Assembly: GCA_026706695.1 (NCBI GenBank)
Contig: JAPOYE010000016.1
Location: 6,191 to 70,190 of the forward strand
Length of the DNA stretch: 64,000 bases
Direction: 5' to 3'
Origin: Candidatus Dadabacteria bacterium
GTDB taxonomy: Bacteria; Desulfobacterota_D; UBA1144; Nemesobacterales; Nemesobacteraceae
Shown piece after piece: positions 47,621 through 57,466 of the stretch (the first letter of the stretch is position 1; the number at the start of each line of letters is the position of its first letter). The position numbers and the translations under genes are program-made. The notes beneath the pieces are model-generated. The model did not search any database. It had not been told where the DNA came from and worked only from the letters and a program-made list of their open reading frames with translations.

Positions 47621-48475
47621 GTGAGCATCAAAAATCTGTTCGCGGCGTTCCTGTTCGCCCTCTTCGCCGCGCCAGTTGCGTGCCTGGCAAAACCGCCCTG
47701 CCCAGAAAACATAATATCGCTCACTTTGGCTTCAGATGAAATCCTGGTCGATATAATCGGCGACAGAAAGAAAATAGCTGCGCTTACCTGTTTCTCGACC
47801 GACCCGCTGATCTCAAATATCGTTGAAAAAGCGCGGGGAATTCCCCAGGTCCAGGCGAATCTCGAGCAGGTAATCTCAAAATCTCCGGATCTCGTGATAG
47901 TCGCGGGTCACACCAACCCGAACATACGCGCGCATCTTGAGGCGGCGGGAATAAAAGTACTGGTGCTCCACGAAATCGTCTCTCTTGAGAGCATAAAAAA
48001 GAATATAGAACTGGTTGGAGAGGCTGTCTGCGAGGAAGCCGCGGCGAAAAACCTCGTGAAAGAAATGGAAACCCGGATCGCGGATGCCAGAGCAAAGATT
48101 CCGCCTCACGTAAAAGCCCCGACGGTTCTTTTCTACGGAGCTCCGGGGTTCACGGTCGGCAACCACTCAACCATAAACGATATAATAGAAAGTTCCGGAG
48201 CCATAAACCTCCCGGCACGCCTCGGGCTAAGCGGATACAGCAACATATCTGCCGAATACGTAATCCAGAACAACCCTGACCTGGTGCTTACAAGTAGTTA
48301 TAATCCATCTCACCCGGATTTTGCGGGCCAGATGTTCAAAAATTCCGCCTTCAGAGACAAAAAGATCATAGTCGTCGCGGGAAAACATCTAGACGCCGCG
48401 TCTCATTACGCGGCGCAGGGGGTAGTTGATCTGGTGAACCTGATATTCAGAGCAGAGAACAATGCCGACCGGTAA
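47621..48475 (+). CDS. ABC transporter periplasmic binding protein, class III (BtuF/FhuD-like)
   Basis: Signal peptide and a cluster A-2 SBP pattern. Lies upstream of a FecCD permease and ATPase. Confidence 0.75.
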   Translation: MSIKNLFAAFLFALFAAPVACLAKPPCPENIISLTLASDEILVDIIGDRKKIAALTCFSTDPLISNIVEKARGIPQVQANLEQVISKSPDLVIVAGHTNPNIRAHLEAAGIKVLVLHEIVSLESIKKNIELVGEAVCEEAAAKNLVKEMETRIADARAKIPPHVKAPTVLFYGAPGFTVGNHSTINDIIESSGAINLPARLGLSGYSNISAEYVIQNNPDLVLTSSYNPSHPDFAGQMFKNSAFRDKKIIVVAGKHLDAASHYAAQGVVDLVNLIFRAENNADR

Positions 48476-49499
48476 GAAAACGCTTTCCGTATACGCAGTA
48501 CTTGCCTCCCTGCTTCTGTTGACCGTCGTCGTGTGCGTATCGCTCGGGGCGGTGAGCGTTCCGTTTGACAAGGTAATCAGCGTGATAGCCGGCAAGCTGC
48601 TGTGGCTTGATACCGGAGCGGGAATCGAAAAATCACAGGAACTTATCGTCTGGAACATCAGGCTACCCAGGGTTCTTCTCGCCGCCACCATAGGAGGAGG
48701 ACTCTCAATTGTGGGAGCGGTAATGCAGGCGATGTTCAGAAACCCCCTGGCTGAACCTGGAATACTGGGCTGGTCAAGCGGAGGGGCTTTTTTCGCCGTT
48801 CTCGTTATCTACACCGGCATTCATCAGCAGTGGTTTCTTCTGCTCCCTCTCGCGGCGTTTGCAGGCACGCTTCTCACGGCATACGCAGTCTACGGAATAT
48901 CACGTTACAGGGGGTTTGTCGAGAATACGACGCTTCTTCTCTGCGGGGTAGCGCTGGGAACGCTTTTTGTCTCTCTCACGACTTTCGTGCTTTCGGTGTC
49001 AAACGCGTGGTCAATGAAGGAAATGCTTTTCTGGATAATGGGCGGAGTCGACTCGCGCACCTGGACGCATTTCGCAATGGCAGCGGTTCCCGTGCTTGCC
49101 GCCTCGGTCATGCTGCTTTTTTACGCTAAGAACCTGAACGCAAGACTTCTAGGCTACGAGACAGCGAAGACCGTCGGTATCGACATAGAGAAAACGACCA
49201 AGCATCTCATAGTCCTGAGTTCCCTAATAGTTGGAGCAAGCGTGGCGGTAAGCGGCATCGTGGGGTTCGTCGGACTTATAATTCCGCACTCAATAAGATT
49301 GCTGATCGGAGTAGATCATCGCCGGCTCCTGCCCGCAAGTTTTATTGCCGGAGCCATATTTCTGCCCGTAGCGGACCTTATAGCAAGAACCGTCATGAGC
49401 CCTCAGGAACTTCGTCTCGGGATAATCACTTCCTTCATCGGAGTTCCTTTCTTCGTGTTTCTGCTGAGGCGAAATTTCAGCGGGAGAGAAATTGCGTAG
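48462..49499 (+). CDS. ABC transporter permease, FecCD/BtuC family
   Basis: 345 aa polytopic protein with the FecCD family conserved loop. Confidence 0.85.
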   Translation: MPTGKKTLSVYAVLASLLLLTVVVCVSLGAVSVPFDKVISVIAGKLLWLDTGAGIEKSQELIVWNIRLPRVLLAATIGGGLSIVGAVMQAMFRNPLAEPGILGWSSGGAFFAVLVIYTGIHQQWFLLLPLAAFAGTLLTAYAVYGISRYRGFVENTTLLLCGVALGTLFVSLTTFVLSVSNAWSMKEMLFWIMGGVDSRTWTHFAMAAVPVLAASVMLLFYAKNLNARLLGYETAKTVGIDIEKTTKHLIVLSSLIVGASVAVSGIVGFVGLIIPHSIRLLIGVDHRRLLPASFIAGAIFLPVADLIARTVMSPQELRLGIITSFIGVPFFVFLLRRNFSGREIA

Positions 49500-50268
49500 A
49501 ATGCAAAGAGAACCCTTAAAAACATCGGGACTCAGTTACGGAGTAAACGGAAAAACCATAGTTGAGAACGTAAGCTTCGAGATCAAAAGAAACGAGCTTC
49601 TGGGCATAGTCGGCCCCAACGGCGCGGGGAAATCCACGCTTCTCAGGCTTCTTGCCCGTATAATCAATCCCACCGGAGGCCGCATCCTGCTTGACGGAGA
49701 AAATATCTCGGAATACGAAGCAAAAGAGCTTTACAAAAAAATATCGTTTCTCCCTCAAACCTCGTATTTCGATTTTCCGCTGAGCGTGCTTGAGGTAGTA
49801 CTTACGGGAAGGTATCCGTACCTGGGAATCCTCGAAAGCGAAAGCAAAGAAGATATAAAGCGCGCCGAGGATTGCCTTTCGCTTGTGGACCTAGAGGGTT
49901 TTTCTCGAAGAAAAGTAACGACACTCTCGGGAGGAGAGCAGCAAAGAGTGTCGATCGCAAGGGTTCTTGCGCAGGGGACCGATTTTATTTTCCTTGACGA
50001 GCCATCCTCCCACCTTGACATACACCACAAGTTCGCCCTCATGGAACTGCTCGAGTCGCTAGCGCAAGAAGAAAAAGGGGTCGTGGCCGTTCTCCACGAC
50101 CTTGATCTTGCGAGCAAGTTCTGCGAAAGGATCCTTGTACTTGAGAATGGACGAGTCGCAGCCTTGGGAGAACCGTCGCGCGTGTTTTCCGAAAAGCTTC
50201 TCTCGTCGGTATTTAAAGTAAGGGGTTCATGGGATCCCAGAAGCGAAAATCTTCTTGTTTTCCGGTGA
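49492..50268 (+). CDS. ABC transporter ATP-binding protein (FecE/BtuD-like)
   Basis: Walker A GPNGAGKST, signature LSGGEQQRV, Walker B IFLDEPSSHLD. Confidence 0.9.
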   Translation: MRRMQREPLKTSGLSYGVNGKTIVENVSFEIKRNELLGIVGPNGAGKSTLLRLLARIINPTGGRILLDGENISEYEAKELYKKISFLPQTSYFDFPLSVLEVVLTGRYPYLGILESESKEDIKRAEDCLSLVDLEGFSRRKVTTLSGGEQQRVSIARVLAQGTDFIFLDEPSSHLDIHHKFALMELLESLAQEEKGVVAVLHDLDLASKFCERILVLENGRVAALGEPSRVFSEKLLSSVFKVRGSWDPRSENLLVFR

Positions 50269-50374
50269 ACTCAGGGAACCTGAAAAACGCCTTTTACATT
50301 TTCTGAATCATGAGGCATTTGCCCTTGCTCTATATGTGTACATTCAAAAGCGCAAATGTCTCACTGGGAATAAA

Positions 50375-52099
50375 CTAAGGTTCTGCCGTTTTGCGGACCG
50401 CAAAGCGGATTCCGCTGTTTGCCGGGGCGTCCGGGGCGTCCGGGTCCATGCGTTTTATTATTGATTTTACCAACTTGTTGACGATGATCGGATTATAGTT
50501 TTCCCATTCGCGGACCTGTGGCTTGTCCGCGTTGCGTCGCAGAATCCGTACGCTACCGAATTCTCGCTCAAGCGAGTAGCCGGGAAGGGAGATCCTGGGG
50601 TCCTCGGACACTATGTGCGTTACCGAGGAGAAAACCGCTTCCAAGTTCTTTAAATTTGCCGATCCCCTGGCGTCGTCATAGAACGGTATTTCACGGTGCA
50701 GGTAGTAGTAGGCGGGCAGAGCGGCATAGTAGCGGTCAATGTGCCAGACCGCGGCGACTCCGGGAGTGCGGGCAAGATAGCGGTAGGCTGAGAAAACCGG
50801 ATCCTGATCGCGAATGAACCTAACGACTCCCGAGATTCCCGAGCTGCCTGTCGCGTAGCTCCTGTAGATGCGGTCCTGATGGGGAAGCGCGTTTAGAATT
50901 CCGGCTGCGGAAACGATCGAGAACGCTACGGCCGCCACTCCCGCGGTCACCTGCGCCTGCCTCGCCCTGTTCGTAATCCGCACCACGATGTCCGAACCGA
51001 TCATAAGCCAGAGAGGAGTGACCGCGAAGACGAAACGGTATTCCTTGTGCGTCTGCAGGGAATGGGGCAAAAGGACCAAGGAGATTGACGCAAGCAAAAA
51101 CCAGTAGCGTCGAAGATCAAGCAGCGCCGCCGCGCAGAGCACGCTTAACCCACCGCTTGCTATCATAATCCAGGAGAAAAACTGGTAAGGGGGAGGGGTT
51201 GAGCCCGCGACAGCTTCGCCCCAAATGAGGTTATAACGCAGATTGGTAAAATAGGAGTGAAACAGGGCGCCGTTCCAAGTGACCGCGTCGAACATGCCGA
51301 CCACGAGGAGTACCGCGACCGCGAGGAGTGCAAGCCGAACCTTGTTTCTGGTTCTGAGAAAGATAACTCCCAGTGGCACGAGCGCAAGCGGCGCGTAGTG
51401 AACCCGCACGGCCGCCGCCAGAACCGCGAGACCTGTCACAAGGACCTCGTTTCTCCCCGAAGATCTCTCCCCGTTCCCTCGAATGCAAAGCGCAAACGCG
51501 ACCATCAGCAGGGCGACAGCCACAAACTCCGTCATCGGCTTGTGTGCAAAGGCCACCAGTTCATACCAGAATGCGCCGGACACAAGCGCCACCCTAGCCG
51601 CGTTTTCGCTGAAATATCGCCGCGTGAAAAAGTACATTCCCGCCGGAACCAGAAGCGACACCGCGCAGAAGAAAAGCTTTACCCCTCCCACATACCAGAC
51701 CGGTTCCCCGAGCCCGATAAGGTCAAACAGCTTGAGTACCCCGGCAACCACACCGGGCACGAGCCACGAGCGGGCGCCGTAGAAATACTCCCAGTAGCTT
51801 ACGCCGTTTCCGAAGGCTAGCAGGTGCGCCGGTTCCAAGTACTGCATGATTTCGTCCGGATGCAGTACGAAATCGGTCGAAAGCGCCACGGTTGCGCGTG
51901 CGATGAAACCGAGCGCGAGCACAAGAGGAAGGTATTTCCAAGTGGGTTCGTTCGGACCCCGGGGATGGAACAGGGAAACAATAAAACTTGTCTGTCCCTG
52001 TGAGTCCTTTCCGTTTTCTTTCTTCATTGAATCAATCGGCTGCCGCACCGTTTTTTCCTGCATCACTTGGACTCCGAAGTACACCACTGACTCAGACAA
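50375..52099 (-). CDS. Polytopic membrane glycosyltransferase-like protein (mannosyltransferase GT22/GT39-like)
   Basis: 574 aa with ≥10 predicted TM segments and an N-terminal architecture resembling Alg9/PMT-like mannosyltransferases. Assignment is tentative. Confidence 0.4.
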   Translation of the reverse strand: MSESVVYFGVQVMQEKTVRQPIDSMKKENGKDSQGQTSFIVSLFHPRGPNEPTWKYLPLVLALGFIARATVALSTDFVLHPDEIMQYLEPAHLLAFGNGVSYWEYFYGARSWLVPGVVAGVLKLFDLIGLGEPVWYVGGVKLFFCAVSLLVPAGMYFFTRRYFSENAARVALVSGAFWYELVAFAHKPMTEFVAVALLMVAFALCIRGNGERSSGRNEVLVTGLAVLAAAVRVHYAPLALVPLGVIFLRTRNKVRLALLAVAVLLVVGMFDAVTWNGALFHSYFTNLRYNLIWGEAVAGSTPPPYQFFSWIMIASGGLSVLCAAALLDLRRYWFLLASISLVLLPHSLQTHKEYRFVFAVTPLWLMIGSDIVVRITNRARQAQVTAGVAAVAFSIVSAAGILNALPHQDRIYRSYATGSSGISGVVRFIRDQDPVFSAYRYLARTPGVAAVWHIDRYYAALPAYYYLHREIPFYDDARGSANLKNLEAVFSSVTHIVSEDPRISLPGYSLEREFGSVRILRRNADKPQVREWENYNPIIVNKLVKSIIKRMDPDAPDAPANSGIRFAVRKTAEP

Positions 52100-52535
52100 T
52101 CTTCTTTCAGTAGTAGTTTAGTATGGCAATGGACAAGGGGCAATGACTTCGCGGCGAGGGCAAGCCCGAGCGAAGAAGTCATTGCCCACAAACCCCGGTT
52201 TGTCTTATCTCAGACCCGCAACACGACGAAGCTTTTCCTCAAAGAAATCCAATACAACTCTCAGATTCCACAACAACACCGAGATTCCGGGAATCACTCT
52301 CTCCACGAACACAAATCCCGGGCTAAGTAGCTTATATGGCATTGGATAACCTGTTGTTCGCTGCCTCAAGAAATTATCTTTGTCGCTTGGCCCTTTTAAA
52401 CACGCGCCCCTTAAAACGGCTCAACCCGTGTTTTTAGGAGTGGTGCATTTCAAAGTTCAACGGGAGCTTTTTGAACCATACCGATAATTTGACAAAAAAA
52501 TTCGATTAACTATATTCTGTTGCCTAGTTTTATTA

Positions 52536-52609
<74 letters not shown>

Positions 52610-52735
52610 GAATTGAGAAACACAGACCATGAAGGTCAATACAAAGAAAGCCGAAGCAACTCCTTCCAAAAGCCCCCGAATACCATTTTTCTCCATAAAA
52701 ATCGCTCGGGACTGCTTCACCTGAAGTAAGGAACT

Positions 52736-53437
52736 ATGGAACAGCATATTGAAAGCCTGCAGAAACTTCAGACAGTTGACTTAAGAATCAGAGAGTTAGC
52801 GGAAGGGCTCGAAAGATACCCAAACGAAATCGACGACCTTAAAAAAGACCTCCTTGAAAAAGAAGAATCGATAAATCTCAAGGAAACCTCTCTCTCGGAA
52901 CTCAAGGCGCAAAGAGACGGTCTTGAATCCTCTCTTCGCTCCAATCAGGAATCCATAAAAAAATCCGAGGAAAGGCTGTTTGCCATAAAGACCCACAAGG
53001 AATACGAGGCACTTCAGAAGGAAATAACCGATACCAGAAAAGAAAACCTCGAGATAGAAGACCGCACGATCTCGGTAATGGGGGAAATCGAAGAGACCGA
53101 GGCGACACTTGCCGAAGAAAAGGAAAACTACGCGACTCTAAAAGAGCAATACGCGGGGCAGATCGCGGAAAAAGAAAAAAGGATCGAAGAACTCGAGATT
53201 TCCCGCGAACCGGCGGAGCGTGAAAAAAGTGAAATCCTGTCCACCATAGACCCCAAAGTACTTCCGCTTTACGAAAGAATCTTCAAAAGAAACGGCAGGG
53301 CGCTCGCGCTTGCCGAAAACGAGCAATGCACAAGCTGCAACATAAACATTCCGCCTCAGCTCTACAACGAAATACTGAAACAGACAGAACTGGTCCAATG
53401 CCCGAACTGCAAGAAAATTCTTTACACAAACCCGTAG
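52736..53437 (+). CDS. Coiled-coil protein with C-terminal C4 zinc ribbon (COG1579-like)
   Basis: Long coiled-coil region followed by CTSCNINIP...CPNCKKIL. Confidence 0.7.
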   Translation: MEQHIESLQKLQTVDLRIRELAEGLERYPNEIDDLKKDLLEKEESINLKETSLSELKAQRDGLESSLRSNQESIKKSEERLFAIKTHKEYEALQKEITDTRKENLEIEDRTISVMGEIEETEATLAEEKENYATLKEQYAGQIAEKEKRIEELEISREPAEREKSEILSTIDPKVLPLYERIFKRNGRALALAENEQCTSCNINIPPQLYNEILKQTELVQCPNCKKILYTNP

Positions 53438-53866
53438 CCGCCCAGACGGCTACCGCGAGATTGCGAGAGAGAAATAAATTATGGCAAGAGAGGAGAACCC
53501 ATACCCCGGAAGGAAACGCATGAAGGGATCTTCAATTAGTACATACGGAGAATACTCCAAGAAATGGGTGCAGAACAAACCCGGAGAAATAACAAAGCCG
53601 AAACCATCTCCGCCACCCCCACCGAAAAAATAGCGACGGGGAAAAAAGTGCTAACCATAAGCAAAATCAGACTCTACTTGATGAAGCAGCTCCCGGGCAA
53701 GCATTAATGTCTATCTTTTTATGATTGACAAATCTCGTTTATGTTGTTCATTTCTTCATCAAGTCTGATGCTTATGGCTTCTACAGGCAGCTTAACATCT
53801 GAGGATTGAGTAATATCCTTTTGAATGCGAACTATTCTTTCTAACTGACGTGCAGAAGCTGAAAAC

Positions 53867-54277
53867 ATGTCCCAAACAACCAAAGTCTATGTAGACGGAG
53901 CGTCAAGGGGAAACCCGGGAGAATCCGGCATCGGGGTTCTTGTGGTCCGCACGGACGGAACAAGAGAGGAAATAAGGGAGTATATCGGCAGGGGGACGAA
54001 CAACGAGGCGGAATACAAGGCGCTGATAAAGGCCCTAGGTTATCTCGTGGCTGAAGCCAGCCCCAAGGTGAAAATCCACACCGACTCCCAGCTTGTGGCA
54101 AGCCAGATGAACGGGCTCTGGAAAGTAAAGGATCCGAAACTCAGAATTCTTCACTCGGAAGCGAAAAAACTTGCTTCCTCGCTTCCGGCACTCGATATAG
54201 AATATATCCCCAGAGAGAAGAACGCAGAAGCCGACAGTCTTGCGAACGAGGCGATCGACAGATATTTTAACGGTTAG
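53867..54277 (+). CDS. rnhA: Ribonuclease HI
   Basis: VYVDGASRGNPGESGIG...NNEAEYKALI...HTDSQL, the DEDD catalytic pattern of RNase H. Confidence 0.85.
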   Translation: MSQTTKVYVDGASRGNPGESGIGVLVVRTDGTREEIREYIGRGTNNEAEYKALIKALGYLVAEASPKVKIHTDSQLVASQMNGLWKVKDPKLRILHSEAKKLASSLPALDIEYIPREKNAEADSLANEAIDRYFNG

Positions 54278-54641
54278 CGAGTCGGCCGTGCGGTCGCCCG
54301 CGGCTTGTACGCGGGAGGAAAGTCCGAGCTTCACAGGGCAGGGCGCTGGTTAACGACCAGGTGTCGCGAGACAACGGAAAGTGCAGCAGAAAGTATACCG
54401 CCTGGGCGCCGCAGGCGTCCCGGTAAGGGTGAAAAGGTGGTGTAAGAGACCACCGCTCCGAAAGTGATGGAGGAGGCAAGGTAAACCCCGCCCGAAGAAA
54501 GACAAATAGGAAAACACCCGGACAACTGTCCGGTCAGGGCGGCCCGTCCTGGTTTTCGGGTAGTCGCTTAAGGTATTCTGGCAACAGGTATCTCAGATGG
54601 ATGACCGTACTTGACAGAACTCGGCTTACAGGCTGACTCGC
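54277..54641 (+). ncRNA. rnpB: RNase P RNA (bacterial type A)
   Basis: Conserved blocks GGAGGAAAGTCCGAGCTTCACAGGGCA, AGAAAGTATACCGCC, GGTGTAAGAGACCACC, GGTAAACCCCGCCCG, ACAGAACTCGGCTTACAG. The P1 helix pairs GCGAGTCGGCC with GGCTGACTCGC. Confidence 0.85.
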
Positions 54642-54715
54642 TTCCTTTCCCTGTTCTCGCGTAGACAGGTTCGATACGGGCAGAATCATCCGGAAAAAAG
54701 AAAAACCGGGCCTGA

Positions 54716-55915
54716 TTACTTGATAACGACTTTCAGGAACTCTTTTTTTCCGATTTTAACCTCGAAAGCAGCTTTATCGGGAAATTCCGAATTCGGATCG
54801 GTGTACTTCTCTCCGTCTATGACAAGTCCTCCCTGAGATATGAGCCTTTTAGCCTCCCCTTTAGTGCTGACGGAATCGGACACCCCTATAACAAGATCAA
54901 CTATCTTTCGGGAGCCGGCAACATAGTCCTTTTCCTTTGCGTCTTCTGGAAAAGATCTCTTTGAGAACTTGGTTTCAAAATCCCGTTCGGCTTCAAGGGC
55001 ACTCTGGGTGTCATGGAGCCAAGAAACGATTTCCCTGGCAAGCCCTTTTTTCGCGTCCATGGGATGCTCGGTTCTTAATTTTCGTATCTTTTTTTCATTG
55101 CAGGTGCTTAAAAGAAGATAGTATCTCCACATAAGGTCGTCAGAAATCGACATCATTTTCCCGTATATATCCTGTGGAGATTCGTCAAGACCTATATAGT
55201 TTCCAAGTGACTTTGACATCTTCTTTACCCCATCTGTTCCCTCAAGTATTGGAAGAAAGACTCCTACCTGCGGAGATTGTCCGTAATGTCTCTGGAAATC
55301 GCGGCCGAGCAGTATGTTGAAGGTCTGATCCGTACCGCCAAGTTCAACGTCGCAGTGCATCTGCACCGAGTCGTACGCCTGCACCAAGGGATATATGAAC
55401 TCCCTGAGGGAAATGGACACTCCCTCCCTGTATCTCTTTGAGAAATCATCCCGGTCAAGCATCCGCGATACGTTAACCAGAGAGGTAAGCCCGAGGAACT
55501 CTTCTGGATCGAGGTTGCTGAGCCAGCGGGAGTTTGAAAGAATCTGGGTCTTTTTTCTGTCAAGGACCTTGAAAACCTGACGTTCGTAGGTCCTTGAATT
55601 CTTGATTATCTCCTCTTTTGAAATCGAAGGGCGGGTTTCGCTCCTGCCGGAGGGGTCTCCTATGTAGGCGGTGAAATCCCCTATCAGGAAAAGAACCTCG
55701 TGGCCCAGAGTCTGAAAATCGCGGAGTTTCTTGAGGATTATCCCGTGACCCAGATGCAGGTCGGGGGAGGTGGGGTCAAACCCTGCCTTTACCTTCAGGG
55801 GACGGTCGTTCTCTCTTGAAGCTTCGAGCTTCAAAAGAAGCTCCTCTTCGGGAATTATCGCCTCGGTTCCCCGTCTTATTACCTTTAATTGTTCTTTAGG
55901 ATCAGCGAAGGCCAT
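54716..55915 (-). CDS. tyrS: Tyrosine--tRNA ligase
   Basis: HIGH-type motif (HLGHG), KMSKS, and a C-terminal S4-like domain. 399 aa. Confidence 0.9.
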   Translation of the reverse strand: MAFADPKEQLKVIRRGTEAIIPEEELLLKLEASRENDRPLKVKAGFDPTSPDLHLGHGIILKKLRDFQTLGHEVLFLIGDFTAYIGDPSGRSETRPSISKEEIIKNSRTYERQVFKVLDRKKTQILSNSRWLSNLDPEEFLGLTSLVNVSRMLDRDDFSKRYREGVSISLREFIYPLVQAYDSVQMHCDVELGGTDQTFNILLGRDFQRHYGQSPQVGVFLPILEGTDGVKKMSKSLGNYIGLDESPQDIYGKMMSISDDLMWRYYLLLSTCNEKKIRKLRTEHPMDAKKGLAREIVSWLHDTQSALEAERDFETKFSKRSFPEDAKEKDYVAGSRKIVDLVIGVSDSVSTKGEAKRLISQGGLVIDGEKYTDPNSEFPDKAAFEVKIGKKEFLKVVIK

Positions 55916-55949
55916 CTGGAAATTCCTCCTCGCAGCGGGTTTAGCCTAT

Positions 55950-57434
55950 TTATGGAAGATCGGTTGACCCCATAAGATACCTGTCGCACTCTCTTGCGGC
56001 TTCTCTTCCCTCGTTTATAGCCCACACCACAAGGCTTTGCCCCCTGCGCGAGTCCCCCGCGGCGAAAACTCCCTCGACATTCGTCATGTACTTTCCGTAT
56101 TCCGCCATGGCGTTTGAGCGTTCGTCGGTATGGATATTCATCTGCTGGAGGAGTTCCTGTTCGGGTCCCAAGAATCCGAGGGCCAAAAGCACTAGCCCGC
56201 ATGGCCATTTCTGCTCGGAACCCTCAACTTCCCGAAAAGCCATCCTTCCGTCATCCCCCATGTACCACTCAATGCGTACGGTCTCAAGTTCCGCCACCCT
56301 GCCCTCTGCGTCTCCTGCGAATCTTTTGGTAAGAACCTGGTACCTTCTCGGATCTTCTCCGAAAACCGCCATGGCCTCCTGTTGGCCGTAATCAAGCCTG
56401 TACACCCTAGGCCATTGCGGCCACGGGTTATCCGCAGCCCTTTCGAGCGGAGGCTTGGGAAGTATTTCGAACTGAAGAAGGCTCCTGCATCTGTGTCTCA
56501 TGGATGTCGCGACGCAGTCGGTTCCGGTGTCGCCGCCCCCGAGAATGATAACGTCCTTGTCCGCGGCGGAGATGTAGCGGCCGTCGGCGAGCCCACTGTC
56601 AAGAAGGCTCTTCGTGTTGGCCCTCAGGAACTCCATAGCAAAGTGGATTCCGTCAAGGTCCCTTCCCTCTATCGGAAGATCCCTGGGCTTTGTAGCTCCC
56701 GTGCATATCACGACCGCGTCAAAGTTCTCTACGAGTTCGTTTCCGTCGATATCCTTTCCCACTTCCGTGTTGGTGACGAACTCGATTCCCTCCTCTGCGA
56801 GTATATCGACGCGGCGGTCGACTATCTTCTTGTCGAGGTGGGGGTTGGGAATTCCATACATGAGCAGTCCGCCGATGCGGTCGTCCCTCTCAAACACGGT
56901 GACCATGTGTCCCGCCTTGTTAAGTTGCGCGGCGCAGGAAAGTCCCGCGGGCCCGGAGCCTATGACGGCGACTTTCTTCCCGGTTCTGATCTCGGGGGGC
57001 TCGGGGGTTATCCATCCTTCCTCAAAACCCCTGTCGACTATGGCGCACTCTATGCTTTTTATGGTGACCGCGGGCTCGTTAATGCCCAGAACGCACGACC
57101 CCTCGCAGGGAGCGGGGCATATCCGGCCCGTGAACTCGGGGAAATTGTTCGTCTTATGAAGTCTCTCGAGAGCCTCTCTCCAGAGTCCCGAATAAATCAG
57201 GTCGTTCCACTCGGGTATAAGGTTGTTTATGGGGCATCCCGCGGTCATGCCGCCGATTATCTGGCCCGTCTGGCAGAAGGGGACCCCGCAGTCCATGCAC
57301 CTTGCACCCTGAGTGGCAAGTTCTTTTTCGGGGAGATGGCCGTGAAACTCGTCCCAGTCGGCGATTCTGCGGGCAGGATCCCTGTCAGGCCCGAGCTTCC
57401 TTTTATAATTCATAAAACCTGTGGGATCACCCAT
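55950..57434 (-). CDS. gltD: Glutamate synthase (NADPH) small subunit
   Basis: 494 aa with Fe-S Cys clusters and FAD/NAD Rossmann motifs ([14 protein letters not shown]). Lies immediately downstream of gltB. Confidence 0.9.
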   Translation of the reverse strand: MGDPTGFMNYKRKLGPDRDPARRIADWDEFHGHLPEKELATQGARCMDCGVPFCQTGQIIGGMTAGCPINNLIPEWNDLIYSGLWREALERLHKTNNFPEFTGRICPAPCEGSCVLGINEPAVTIKSIECAIVDRGFEEGWITPEPPEIRTGKKVAVIGSGPAGLSCAAQLNKAGHMVTVFERDDRIGGLLMYGIPNPHLDKKIVDRRVDILAEEGIEFVTNTEVGKDIDGNELVENFDAVVICTGATKPRDLPIEGRDLDGIHFAMEFLRANTKSLLDSGLADGRYISAADKDVIILGGGDTGTDCVATSMRHRCRSLLQFEILPKPPLERAADNPWPQWPRVYRLDYGQQEAMAVFGEDPRRYQVLTKRFAGDAEGRVAELETVRIEWYMGDDGRMAFREVEGSEQKWPCGLVLLALGFLGPEQELLQQMNIHTDERSNAMAEYGKYMTNVEGVFAAGDSRRGQSLVVWAINEGREAARECDRYLMGSTDLP

Positions 57435-57466
57435 TGAAAAACTTCTCCTCCGTCAGAGCTTCCGTG

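Noticed and set aside
50378-50440. Direct repeat CCGGGGCGT x2 and small hairpins (TTTGCGGACCGCAAA) near 50390-50440, considered as a terminator or repeat element.
   Set aside because: They lie inside the 3' coding end of the minus-strand glycosyltransferase-like gene and encode a PDAPDAP repeat. This is not an intergenic regulatory structure.
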